This document shows positions 37,420 through 50,029 of a stretch of DNA of 64,000 nucleotides, piece after piece. The stretch is from the NCBI RefSeq assembly GCF_006345805.1, contig NC_043004.1, positions 31,496,001 through 31,560,000 of the forward strand, given 5' to 3'. The DNA is from Octopus sinensis (taxonomy: Eukaryota). The translations under genes were made by a program, and so were the position numbers. Within the stretch, counting starts at the first letter, position 1. Every line of letters begins with the position of its first letter. Below the pieces are notes generated by a model, which was not told where the DNA came from, did no database searches, and worked only from the letters and a program-made list of their open reading frames with translations.

Positions 37420-38170
37420 TAACAATCTTTTGAATATGAATGGTGTCATGTTGTATGCTGCGAAGGAGAAACAATTTGAAGTATCACTGCAGATAGTACA
37501 TGGATTTGCCAAAGAAATAAATATGAAATGTGATTTAGAAAAAAATGTACCAAAGTGGTTTTGAAGAGACAAAAATTTGTTAAGAATGCTAATATGATAC
37601 TAGATAATGAAACTGAGTTAAGAGAATTAGTCCCCAAACAGACATACAGATACTTAGGAATACTTGGTACAACACCTAAATGAAAGAAAAGTTCATGAAG
37701 GAATATTACAGACACATCAAATTAATGCTTAAAATAGAGTTAAATGCAAGAATAAATTAATAGGTATTGGTTGCTGCTGTCCTCAAAGTAAGTTACATTT
37801 ACTGTATTCTTAATAGGATGTTAAATGACTAGCTTGACTAAATAGGAAAGCAAGGGAAATAATGACTGTATTTAGAATACACCACCCAAAATCTGACCCT
37901 AGAAGATTATGTTCAAGAACAAGAAATCTTATAAAAATAGAAAACTATTACAAAATAGCCAGAGTAGAATTGCAAAATATCTAGTACAGAATTATGGAAA
38001 ATTAATGCAAATAGTCACAAAACATGAACAAAATAAAATTTTAAAAATGTTTTCTATCTCGAAGGAAATCACCAAATGCAAAATAGAGTCTGCAACAACA
38101 GCCAGCTATGAAGAAAATGGAAAAATAATAACAGAAATCATGAAACAGCTAAAATTTAAACTAAAATTGG
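37420..38170 (+). mobile_element. R4/Dong-like LINE RT fragment, decayed
   Basis: MLYAAKEKQFEVSLQIVHGFAKEINMKCDLEK..., YRYLGIL, EKFMKEY...L...LNA.N, RIHHPKSDP.RL. Confidence 0.65.
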
Positions 38171-38393
38171 GATAACATATTCCCAATCTTCTGTTCATAA
38201 TGCACACACATACACTCACATGTTCACAATCTCTTGTACATAACACACACACAATCCACACAGATACATAATTTGCATGCATGCACACACACACACTTGC
38301 ACACATATAATTCAAGTAGAAAGATGAACTTGACAAACAGTTGGTAGGAAGGGGCAAAGAAATAATAATTTTACATAGCTGTGTATGTGTTTG

Positions 38394-38424
<31 letters not shown>

Positions 38425-38679
38425 TATGAAATTGTAATATCCACAAGTTGATGATCGAAATGAATTTGTTCCTCCATTTTCTTATTTGTATTATGAATTT
38501 ACGGTAAAATATTTTTTACCTTCACCCATTCAATACAATAAATGAATTAATTGCATTGCAATTGTAAGCATTTATGTATTTAGTATTTGGGTACTTCCCC
38601 AGCAGTATATTGGATAAATGATATCCCATAGTGGGTTACCCTCATAACCCCTATCTTACTTTATATATATATATATATG

Positions 38680-39060
38680 CTTGAGAAGACCCATCAAGCC
38701 AAGTGAAATCAGTCATGGCTGATACCAATGTTGTGTAACTGGCACCCAAGTTGGTGGCATGTAAAAAGCACCCTTCAAACTAGGGACCTCACAGAGGCAG
38801 TGACAAGTGACCAAGACCTTTGGCGATATACCATGCTGTCAAGCCAAGTGAGATCATAATCGTGGGCAATGCTGGTGTTTTATGGTGTTTCATAACTGGC
38901 ATGTAAAAAGCATCCACTACACTCTTGAAGTGGTTGGTATAGGAACCATGCCAAGTTAGATTGGAACCTAATGCAGCTCCCTAGCTTATCAGCTTTCAGT
39001 CAAAATGTTCAATCCATGCCAGAATGGAAAATGGATGCTAAATGATGATAATGATGATAT
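38680..39060 (+). mobile_element. RTE-tail / SINE-like repeat
   Basis: Same family as 46320-46800. Confidence 0.7.
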
Positions 39061-39718
39061 ATATATATATATATATAAATAGTATTTAATATTAATAATG
39101 ACTAAGGTGGTGGGTTGGCTGAATTGTTACTGTGCTGGAAAAATTGCTCAGTGGCATTTCTTCTGACTTTACATTCTGAGTTCAAATTCTGTCAGGGTCA
39201 TCCTTTCAGGGTTGATAAAATAAGCATCAACCAGTTGTGAACTGGGGTTGGTGTAATCAACATAGCCCCTCCCCTGAAATTGCTGGCCTTGTACTAACAT
39301 TTGAAATCAATATTAATAGTATCTGTTCATACATGGTGGCAAAAGTATACCCCCAAAAGGAAACACTAGTAATAATAATAATGATGATGATATGAACTTT
39401 TCCAAAATAATAATCATTATAATTATTTACCAAACTGACAATTACAAAAATATTTTTGCAATTGTCATTTTGTTGATGAACCACCTATTGATCCCCTCCA
39501 TTTTCTTATTGTTCTATAAATTAATGGTAAAATATCTCCTTACCTTCACCCATTTAGTACACTTGGTAATGTAATTTCAATACAATAAAAAACACTTGTG
39601 TATTAACAATTGGGTATTCTACCAGCAGTATATTGGATAGATATTATCCCTTAGTTGGTTGGATTCACAAACTCTAACTTTCTTGGAATATATATATATA
39701 TATAATTCAAATAGAGGT

Positions 39719-40724
39719 TGTAGCGGTCTCTGATATCCTCACTGTTTGAGAAACATGGCAGGAATAATCTCGTTTGAGATTATGGCCATCTTTGGCCGAG
39801 TTGTTCATGTTGTAACCACTAACCTGATTGGTTGACATGTGGCGCGATTTGTCTCTACTTATTTCGCGCCACTGGCCAAAGCCAACCAATCATGGCCTTT
39901 GGTTAAGGTCCCATTTCTTAAGCTCATTTGAGCCACCTTACTTGTATATAAGGGAGTGAATCCCTTCACCAAGGGTCTTTGGTTCTAGTCCTTATAGGGA
40001 CTAGACCTCTGACCACAGAGCTACTCAACATGTTCCAGTCACAGCGACAGACGATCACCCACAACGACGCTAATGTACACTCACCACAGAAAGCCTTCTA
40101 TCTCCGCCACCATTGTCACCATCATTGTACCAACTTCAAGTCGCCATCACCATCGTCCACTTCAGACATGTACACACCAACTTCACAGAACCAAGCTGTT
40201 AGAGTGAATGCCTTCACCAAGTAGAAACAGTCCATCTGAAGAAATCTATATCAGGAGAACCAGCTCGCCGGTTTGAGACCACGACCGTGGCTCGACATAT
40301 TCGCCCAACCGGCCTCTGCCCAAGACACAACATCTTGATATCAAACTCTTACACATCGTGTACCTCATGAACTGTAAACCATTTTCCCTCATTAACTCTA
40401 TGCTCTGTACCTTCTATGCCATATGCATTCACCCTTATTGTATCTGTCACACACATGAACACACAGACACAAACACGTGTTGCATGCACACACACGCACA
40501 CACACACACACTGGCTAGCACTCACAACCTTCTAACATTAAAGCCATTGTAAATAAAATCTTATCTATCTCTCAGACAGTGGAACAGCTTGTAGTCAATT
40601 CATCTATATTCTGTTGGCACTGCATTGTATAAAATTGTATTAATAGCTTATCTTATTTCGCTAGGAATGCGACTGTGTGACTTACCTATGTCACCAACCT
40701 CAACATACGGTCGTATTCCCTACA
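39719..40724 (+). mobile_element. Solo LTR (1006 bp), probably Gypsy-type
   Basis: TGTAGCGG...TCCCTACA termini; 4-bp TSD AGGT (39715-39718 and 40725-40728). CCAAT boxes on both strands, TATATAAG at 39945 and AATAAA at 40552. Confidence 0.85.
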
Positions 40725-40924
40725 AGGTTATAATAGCCTCATAAAAGGATGTATCATCCAAGGAAATACTAGTTCAATACCTAATATTTTGGAAGGGAGG
40801 TTAATATCCATAAAATAATAGGTTTATATATAAACCATGGTTTATAGTCACACAGGTGAATAATAAGAAAATGGAAATATTGAAGTTAATAAGAGTTTAT
40901 TATCAGCAAAAAAATCAATCATTA

Positions 40925-41007
40925 TCCCTTACAGCTGTTTCAATTAAGTTCAGTGAAATTAAATAAGTATTAAAATCATATTTCTGAGCTTAATCTCTTC
41001 AGGGGGA
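40925..41007 (-). ncRNA. Minimal type I hammerhead ribozyme motif with intact core
   Basis: Minus strand: tcccc CUGAAGA [gattaagctcag...ctgaacttaatt, 11/12 pairs] GAA ACAGCUGU A / aggga. GUA cleavage triplet; self-complementary helix III. Confidence 0.65.
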
Positions 41008-41365
41008 GGAAGAATATAACCTTAGATATTTTGTGTGTTAGTTTTTTGAATCATCACAATAGACTGAATAATACTGTTTATGATTGGTAATGGTATATGT
41101 CTTGCCAAAGGGGTAACAGGTTTGTTATGGGTAAGATATAGTATGCAAATATAATTATGGTAATGAAGAGTAAGTAAATAGAGATTGAAGATTAAATTAC
41201 AATGTGAATAAAGTACATTATGAATGAGGTGAGGAATTGAATTACATTGGTAGGTTATATATAATATAAAAAAATTGAAATAAACATATCTGTATATAAA
41301 AATAAACACATACATGTAAAAATATATACATATGTACATACACACACACATACATATTAATATAT

Positions 41366-41412
<47 letters not shown>

Positions 41413-41576
41413 GTGTGTGTGTATGATGTGAATATAGTTCTCTATGCAACAGAAGCGTATGTAGGTCATAATTAAACCAAGTATACTATATAATTGACTG
41501 TAAAAATAAAAAAATATGGAGATATATTAATCTCTGTAGTCATTGTAATTGTCTTGTCTGTCTGTCTGTCTGTCTA

Positions 41577-42403
41577 TCTCTCTATATATAAACGGCAGTT
41601 TGTCTGTCTGTGTGTCTGTCAGGTTGTACCCTCATCCTGACGACGGCTTTCAACCGATTCTGATGAAACTTGACACACACATAGCCCAATGTCGTAATTC
41701 AAAACTAACGCAGCGAAAATTTTGAAAAGTTCCCCCAGTTCTGAAAAAAAATCGATAAATTCGACATGGGTCGAGAATCTAAGCTTTTTATATGCAACAC
41801 ATTTTCTACAGACTGTCTAGGGGACGCAACTCGACCTTTTTAACTCTTGGAACACGTGGTGTAAGTATCCCAAAATGTATAAAAATGTACAAAAACAGCA
41901 AAAAAGCGGGCAGCAATGTGAGTGACAACAACGAAAAAGTCAAAAGTGACCAAACTGAACATCATCATCATCGTTTAGCGTCCGCTTTCCATGCTAGCAT
42001 GGGTTGGAAAAATGCATACGACAAAAGCGGTTTATAATAAACCAAGAGTTTGCAAGTAGCGTCCGAGGACCCTTAGGGTACGTCAAAAATTTAAGGTAAA
42101 ACGTTTGTGGTGGTAGTTATAAAGAAAGTGTAAACAAAAAAAGTATTTGAATAACTTGCAGCTGCAGCAGCTATTAGCAGAAGTGGCAGTGTTGGGGGTA
42201 ACGTCTCGAATGTAATTTCTTCCTGGTAGGAATTGGTTGGGTTGAATTATCAATAGCTGTTTGATAGTTATTTGGGAGTGAAGAGAAGACATAGCAACCT
42301 ACACATGCGCCTTCGTTCCCTAGAGAGAAAGGACTAGATTGGGATTAGTCGTTGCCTACTAGGAGCTCTTACATACCCGGGCAACGCCGGGCTATGCTGC
42401 TAG
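41577..42403 (+). mobile_element. Non-autonomous Helitron, complete (~830 bp)
   Basis: A|TC 5' end; 3' hairpin CCCGG-gcaacg-CCGGG (42376-42391) followed by CTAG|T (42400-42403); no TSD. Confidence 0.85.
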
Positions 42404-42648
42404 TATATATATATACATACACACACATACATTTGTATGTGTGTGTAAGTACAAACATAGTTAAAAAGATGTGTAGAAGAGAGTATGGTATTGATTACAT
42501 AAAGACATAGGTAACAACATATGTAATATACTGAATATGACATTAAGTGCATCTTAATTTGATTGAAAGAAAGAAAGAAAATCATTCCAGTCAGTTTTAT
42601 TCTTTCTAATTTTGGCTCAAGGTCAGCAGTTTTGAGCTGAGGGTTCAA

Positions 42649-43078
42649 TTCTGTATGGCTGATGTCATAATCACTTAAACATGATAACATTTTACTATCA
42701 TACTATAATATAATATTTAGGTCTGAAGACAGTGAGTTGACAGAACCATTAACATGTCAGACAAATACTTAGTGGTTATTTCTTCTGGATCTCTATGTTG
42801 TAAGTTCAAATTCTGCTGAGGTCAACTTTGACTCTCATTCTTTCATTATTATTTGACTAATACTTTACTTTATCAACCCTGAAAGAATGAGAGTCAAAGT
42901 TGACCTCAGCAGAATTTGAACTTACAACATAGAGATCCAGAAGAAATAACCACAATAAGTATTTGTCTGACATGTTAATGGTTCTGTCAACTCACATTCT
43001 TCAGACCTAAATATTATATTATAGTATGATAGTAAAATGTTATCATGTTTAAGTGATTATGACATCAGCCATACAGAA
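42649..43078. repeat. Near-perfect inverted duplication (197/199-bp arms, 34-bp loop)
   Basis: 42649-42845 is the reverse complement of 42880-43078 with only a few differences. Confidence 0.9.
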
Positions 43079-44029
43079 AGAAAAGATATAAAGGGCTAAA
43101 TGCTACCGATATACCTACGTCATTTGTTGCTGCACTAAAACTGTTCTTCAACTTTGTACCACTTGCAAGAAGAGAAGCAAGAACACTACTGATTAAACTA
43201 CAGATATTCCCTCTTACTCCATCTTTTCCCCAATTCTAGAATAAATAAACCTATATATATATATATGCTGGAGACATTGGTGATTTGTTTTCATATAAAT
43301 TAATGGAAGAATAATTGCTATGTGGGCGAAATAATTCTTTACTTCCTCTTTCCCTATCTTTGTCTATCAATTAATGACGTAATTCACACATATGCAAGAT
43401 CTGATGGTTATTATGTATGGGCTTGAGTTGAGTTTGGTGGTGTGGAAATAAAGTAATTCTTTGCTCTAATGTCTTCAGTGAAGTGCAGTCCATTGATAAG
43501 AAGTGGTATTGCACATGAACAATAGATCTACTCGATAAGAACGCAGAATGTAGTATGTTTCAAGGGGAGGCAGTTATTATAATTTTATTGCCAAGATATC
43601 TTGGATTGAATTATTGTAAGATAATGATTAAGAAATAAAGGTATCAGAATTATTGTTGTTTATACCTGGTTAACTTGATACAACAGACCTATGATTAAAG
43701 ATGTTCCAGCCATGACCATCACATACTGTCTTTCAGGCTGTGTATTTAAAACTAATTATTCAATTTCTTAAAAGATGTGATTTGATGGAAATTTAGTTGC
43801 TATCTCTTGCTGGTCAAGCGGCTACATAGAGACTTCCATATTGACTTGAAGATCTCAGAGGTACAAGGACACAGAAAACTAACATTTTGAGATGTTTACT
43901 ATTTCCTGAAGGACAGAAATAAATCCTAGAAATGTTTTAAGTAGAAATCAATGCCAGGTCATGCAGTTAGCTCAGCCATAAGTTCCTTGAAAGTACATAA
44001 ATGTTTCTAACTTGGATACAAAGTCAACA

Positions 44030-44460
44030 ATTTTGAAAGAAGGGGTTAGTTGATTTATCTTGATCCCAGCACTTGAAAAGTACTTTATATTATTGACCAA
44101 AGGTGGGTTAAAAATTCAAGTTGACCTCGGTAGGATTTGAACTCTGAATATAAAGAGCCAAAAGAAATACTGCCAGGCATTTCTTCTGAAGTTCTACCAT
44201 TTCTGCCAGCTTAACACCTTAATGTATTGGCATATAAAGCTGTATAAGGGTTTCTAGTTTAAGCAGAAAGCCAGAGTTTTTAAAAGGTGGGGAGACAGTC
44301 GAGACCATCGACCCCAGTACTTATCTGATACTTTATTTTAAGGATGAAAAGCAAAGTCAACCTTGGGAACATTTGAACTCAGAACATTAAAAAATAAAGA
44401 AAAATGCTGCAAGGTATTTTCCTGCTATGCCAGCAATTCTGCCAGCTCACCATCTTGAAG
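44030..44460 (-). mobile_element. Two tandem decayed SINE family A copies
   Basis: Each carries ...gttgacct.gg.ag.atttgaactc.gaa...aaatactgc.aggcattt..., the reverse complement of the 9687 head. Confidence 0.65.
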
Positions 44461-45108
44461 TATAATGGAAGAATAGTATGCAACTGATTTCTTGGTGTTT
44501 CTTTTAATCTTCCATGCAACATATGTTTAAACACAATGAATAATGGGGACTTTAAAAAAAAATATATATCTTGTATTTATAAGTAAGTTGTTTCACAATC
44601 CATAAAGAAAACGAAGCTGACAAGTGTTAGGAAAGAAATTATTGGGAAGACTTCAAGTCATGATGCTCTTCTCTCCAGTTATAGAATATGGAAAATGAAG
44701 TGTCATGGTCATATAATGTGACACTATGTCACTCCATGTCTAGTGATTTTGGTTGTGATAGACAAATTCCTTTCCTGGTAAAAGAGATATAAGAAGACCA
44801 TGTAGGGGAAATGAGTGACATCAAGGACTGGAGAAAGAGAGAGATGTAAATGGAAAATAAAGAAAAAACTGATTGATGACAGGGAAAGATGTAGAAGGGA
44901 GGATGTTGAGTCTTTTGTGATGTACTTAAGGTCTCCCTATGTTGTGAATTTCAGTTTGATAATATTTATAAGAGAATCAGTGAGTTTTGATGATTATGTT
45001 TTTGCCTAAAACCTCTCATATATTTGATTATCTTCAAATCAAAATCATACTTTTAGTTTGCTGAGAATTTTACAATATGTCACCAATGAAATAAATCCTG
45101 ATACTCAC

Positions 45109-45178
45109 AAACAGAACCAGAAATACAGGCACACAATGGATGTAGTCAAAATTGGACATAGGTACAGCTATCCAACAC
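45109..45178 (-). CDS. CRHR-like: Class B1 GPCR exon, ECL2-TM5 (70 bp)
   Basis: Acceptor tttattgtttcag and donor gtgagt; phase 2 to 0. (S)CWIAVPMSNFDYIHCVPVFLVLF has the ECL2 CW and DYI..xP motifs. Confidence 0.92.
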
Positions 45179-45399
45179 CTGAAACAATAAAGTGTATTAG
45201 TCAAGTTTTCATTATTTAAATAAACAATACCTAATCACATTTGCATTCATTTTATCCACCAACACTCCTGTATCTTCACTTCATATACGTCTATCATAAA
45301 TGTATAAGGCCAATGAAATACTGTTATAACTGTTACAAATAAAAAGTATGCTCTTATCATTATTATTTTTTGGCCAATTTATTTTTTAAAAAAGGATTT

Positions 45400-45560
45400 A
45401 CAGAAACTGTTTATGGAAAGGCCAAAGCAGAAGATGGAAGCCAAGAAATACATGGACAGATAATTATCAAAAACTGAACAGAGTTAAAATATTGTGAATG
45501 TGTAAAGAGAGCCAAAGAAAGACTGAGATGGTGATCCCTGGTATTCATCCTACTGAGAGC
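45400..45560 (+). mobile_element. RTE-like LINE extreme 3' fragment
   Basis: Frameshifted GK...RRWKPRNTWTDN.K..TELKYCECV.RAKER..W.SLV..LLRADDT. Confidence 0.45.
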
Positions 45561-46319
45561 AGATGATACATGGTGATGGTGGTAGTGGTGGTGGTGGTGG
45601 TAATGATGTTGCTACTGCTGCTGGTGGTTGTGGCAATGTTGTTGTTGCTGTTGCTGCTGCCACTGATGATGGCTCTTTACTGCTATTAAGTATTTAAACT
45701 CAATATAAAAGACAAGATAGCAAAGTCATTAGAATATCAGCTTCTTTCTGAGTTTAAATCCCATCGGGATCAACCTAATCTTTCTTTTTCTGGGATCAAA
45801 TAAATAAGTACCAATCCAAAGTATTGAACTAAGGAAATCGTTAGAGCATCAGTCAAGATACTTTGCTTTATTTCTTCTAGCTCTTAGCATCTTGAGTTCA
45901 AATCTTACAATGGCATTGGGTGGTAGACTGAATCCATTGCCTAGTTTAATGCCATGTGACATCATGAGTGCCTTTCGAGGAGTTCACTTTGTTGCAAGCA
46001 TTCAGATCAAGCCTCTAGTTCAGGATACCTTCTTCCCTCTCCCATCAGTTTTAGAAGCTCTGTAAACAGTCATGGGTGATGCCCTTTCAACTTTACTAAA
46101 CCAGTAAAAACCCTAAAGCTTGAACACATTCCCAAATATACAGACAGGAACTATGAAATATCAGTAACATTATCTATGGTAATAATTCATGAAGTACATA
46201 CAGAACAGTGAAACTCCAAACAACAAAATATTCATTCTTAATACGTTCTGGAAGATTCAAATGGGAAAACTGATTGCATTTTGTCATTGGAGAATATCTC
46301 CCCCTTGTTGAGAATATGT

Positions 46320-46800
46320 GCTCATAACACATGCTGATGGCATGTAAAAAGCACTCTTCAAATATTGGGCAATATACTGTGCTTGAGAAGACCTGTCAAG
46401 CCAAATGAACTTGTAGTCATGGCTGATGCCAGTGTCATGTACCTGGCACCTGTTCTGGTGGCACGTAAAAAGTACCCTCCCAACTTTGGGCTTCACAGAG
46501 GCAGTGACAAGTGACCAAAACCTTTGGCAATATACTGTGCTTGAGAAGACCGGTCAAGCCATGTGAGATCGTAGTCATGGTCAATGCTGGTGTTTCGTAA
46601 CTGGCACCCTTGCTGGTGGCACATAAAAAGCACCCACTACACTCTTGGAGTGGTTGGCGTTAGGAAGGGCATCCAGCTGTAGAAACTGTTAAATCAGGGT
46701 GGAACCTGGTGCAGCTCCCCAGCTTACCAGTTTTCAGTTAAACTGTCCATCCCATGCCAGCATGGAAAATAGACATTAGATGATGGTGATGATGATGATG
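46320..46800 (+). mobile_element. RTE-tail / SINE-like repeat with internal ~165-bp duplication
   Basis: ggcaatatactgtgcttgagaagacc.gtcaagcca occurs at ~46367 and ~46526; shared (gat)n tail. Confidence 0.75.
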
Positions 46801-47784
46801 AACACACATGATCCATCAGTGTAAGGAGGCTTTGAAACACAGCAGTATTTCAACTTGTGTATCTTCTCAGTCAAAGCCACCATCAGATCAATGAATCTAA
46901 CAAGATTATTGATTTTTATTTGTAGATCTCAGCAAACAAATTACTTGCTGATGCATGCCAAACTAATAATAATTCATGAGGTGCACACAGAGCAATGAGA
47001 CGCAGTGAAACACCATGGTGTCTCAAAATCTCCTTACGTCAATGGATCATGAGTGTTATGAACATACATTGTCTAAAGCTATGAGATGTTCTCCGATGAT
47101 GAAATACAGCAGCGATCAGCATATTCAGAGTCAAATCTGCCAGAATGTATTGAGATTGAATAGGTACATTATAACCAATGGTAATAACATTAAAACAAGA
47201 ACAGTAACAACATGCAGCAATGACAACATCAAAAGTGACAAGTTGTGTTTATCTTAAACAAGTGATATAATACTCTGAAAACAGAAAAATGCAAATCAGA
47301 GTCAATTTTAAACTACTATTAGAAAATTTCACATTTATAGCATAAAATATTTTAATTAGTTTAACTTCATTTTAATGTCTACTTTACATGCTTGCATGGG
47401 TCAGATGAGACTGTGTTTGTGGAGAGGGCATATGGCTTGATACCCTTCCTATAGGCAACCTTCACCTGTTTCTAAGCAAGGTAATAATCCTCCAGTCTAT
47501 GGGAAAACAAACAACCAGGAGATAATTACACAGAGAACTGGAAGTAAATGACACCATTTGAAGGCACTTTTTGTTTACAAAGATTGTGCAATGTGTTACA
47601 TAGCTTGAACATGCTTTCACAGTAGACTGCAAGCAAACAACAGTCTGTATGAATAGCAATAATTTTGTTTACAGTCAGCAAACACATATAAAAACAAGGG
47701 GAAATACTCACTCACACAAACACACTCGCACACACATATCCATCTATCTATGTCTCTCTCTCTCTCATATACATCATCATCATC

Positions 47785-48180
47785 ATCATCATCGTTTAAC
47801 GTCCGTTTTCCATGCTAGCATGGGTTGGACAGTTCGACCGGGGTCTGGGAAGCCAGGAGGCTGCACTAGGCTCCAGTCTGATCTGGCAGTATTTCTACAG
47901 CTGGATGCCCTTCCTAACACCAACCACTCCGTGAGTGTAGTGGGTGCTTTTTACGTGCCACCAGCACAGATGCCAGGGGAGGCTGGCAACGGCCACGATC
48001 GGTTGGTGGTTTTTACGTGCCACCTACATGGAAGCTAGTCAAGGCGGCGCTGGTATCGGCCGCGTACGGATGGTGCTTTTTATGTGCCACCAGCACAGGT
48101 GCCAGGGTAGCCTGGCAACGGCCACAAATGGTTGGTGCTTTTTACGTGCCACCAGTACGGAAGCCAGTCAAGGCGGCGCT
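47785..48180 (-). mobile_element. RTE-tail repeat with four ~64-bp internal units
   Basis: gtgcttttta.gtgccacc recurs at about 47943, 48007, 48073 and 48135; (cat)n at the left end. Confidence 0.75.
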
Positions 48181-48894
48181 GGAAAAAAAGAGAGAGGATG
48201 GATGAAAGGGACTCTTCATCACCACTATTTTATTTCTTGTTCTTCCGCCTTGTCTTCAATAGTGTTAGTAGCCTTGTATCTCTTCTTCAGCAAGAGTTCT
48301 GTTCTGTTCTCTTCTTTCATATTTGAACCTCTCACCTCCTTGCATAAACCTGCTTCCCTCTCTTCTATAGTCCCACTCACTCAAAAAGAATCTTAGTCTC
48401 ACAGGCTGCATGGCGACTTTACTAGTACTAGTGGCATGAAAAAAGTACCCAGTATATGCTATAAAGTGGTTGGTATTTGGAAAAGCATCCAGCTGTTGAA
48501 ATCATGCAAAACTGACACTGGAGCAGAACAAAGTCCAGGGACCTATCAGACCCTGTCAAACCATGCAACCCATGCCATCATAGAACATTGTTAAATGATG
48601 ATGATGATGATGATGATGATGACAATTATGATGATGATGATGATGATGATATATGAGAAGCTTCATTTTTTGTCAGCCAATTTCAATCAAATTGTGCTGA
48701 TCAACATGCAGCTAAAGGTATGAGATGTTAGTTATAATCAACAACATCCACACAATGGGATTGAACCATTAACTATATGGGCTAAAGTGAACTTCTTAAC
48801 CACACAGCCATACTTGTGTCTTGTTTATTCAAACATGGTTCTTGAATGATTGACACTGCAGTAATGAAACTACAACAAACATAGCAATTATTAA

Positions 48895-49101
48895 CCCTTT
48901 AGCACTTAAACCAGCCACATCTGGCCCAAACATTCTAATTGTTGTATGTTGAAACCAGCCAGATCTGGTCTCTCACATCTAGCCTACAATATCATTTTAA
49001 AAATACAACCTTAACATTGAAATCTCAAATCTGCAAGATAATTAAAAACAATGTGAATACATAAGCATTACATTTAACAGAATAATCTGAATGCTAAAGG
49101 G
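48895..49101. mobile_element. piggyBac-type MITE (207 bp)
   Basis: TTAA|CCCTTTAGCA ... TGCTAAAGGG|TTAC. Confidence 0.8.
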
Positions 49102-49407
49102 TTACTACAATAGGTCAAGATACACAAAGTATTGGTGATATGTTTATTTTTAGTTTGAGCATGCATGCATGCACACACACACAAATAACTTCGAAAGTAT
49201 TGTTCTACATCAAGAGACATACAGGAGAAGATTTCCAGAAACAACCGGCTTGAAATATTGAAATACAAATGGTCTTTACTGTAACAAGGTTTGTATCTTA
49301 TCGTCAAAATCTTCTAAGTAGATCATCATACAGGAGTTTATGTAACATGTTTTGGACAGATAGTAGTCATTGTTCATATACATAGCCAACATGCAAATAT
49401 TTCTGTA

Positions 49408-49429
<22 letters not shown>

Positions 49430-49452
<23 letters not shown>

Positions 49453-49632
49453 TTACATTCATTTATGTATGCATGCATATGCATATATGTATGTGTGTCT
49501 ACATACACACGTATCAATCTTACTATATTTATCTGTCAGTTTGTATTTATGCAATGTCTGTATGTGCATGTGTATAAATATATATATATATGCATATATA
49601 TATATATATGTGTGTGTGTGTATATATATATA

Positions 49633-49664
<32 letters not shown>

Positions 49665-49850
49665 CTTACATTCATTTATGTATGCATGCATATGCATATA
49701 TGTATGTGTGTCTACATACACACGTATCAATCTTACTATATTTATCTGTCAGTTTGTATTTATGCAATGTCTGTATGTGCATGTGTATAAATATATATAT
49801 ATATATGCATATATATATATATATGTGTGTGTGTGTATATATATATATGC

Positions 49851-49860
<10 letters not shown>
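49430..49860. repeat. Tandem duplication, ~213-bp period, bounded by (TA)n
   Basis: acttacattcatttatgtatgc...gtgtataaatata is identical at 49451 and 49664. Confidence 0.9.
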
Positions 49861-49888
<28 letters not shown>

Positions 49889-49968
49889 ATGAAAATATAC
49901 TGCATATATCAGGTGAAAGGGGAATTAATAACGATTATGAAAGAATTCTTATTCAAGAAACTACTTAC

Positions 49969-50029
49969 GAGTTATTTTCAAAGTGAGCTTTTAGAAGTGC
50001 CCAGACAAGAATTAATGGTAAAGGAATTC
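49969..50029 (-). CDS. CRHR-like: Class B1 GPCR exon, TM4-ECL2 (61 bp)
   Basis: Acceptor tctttcttttatag and donor gtaagt; phase 1 to 2. (G)IPLPLILVWALLKAHFENN(S) resembles CRHR [20 protein letters not shown]. Confidence 0.93.

Noticed and set aside
46202-46247. 46-bp AG..GT segment phase-compatible with the 61-bp TM4 exon (ERIKNEYFVVWSFTVL)
   Set aside because: No similarity to TM4, it would delete a helix, and such site pairs are common by chance.
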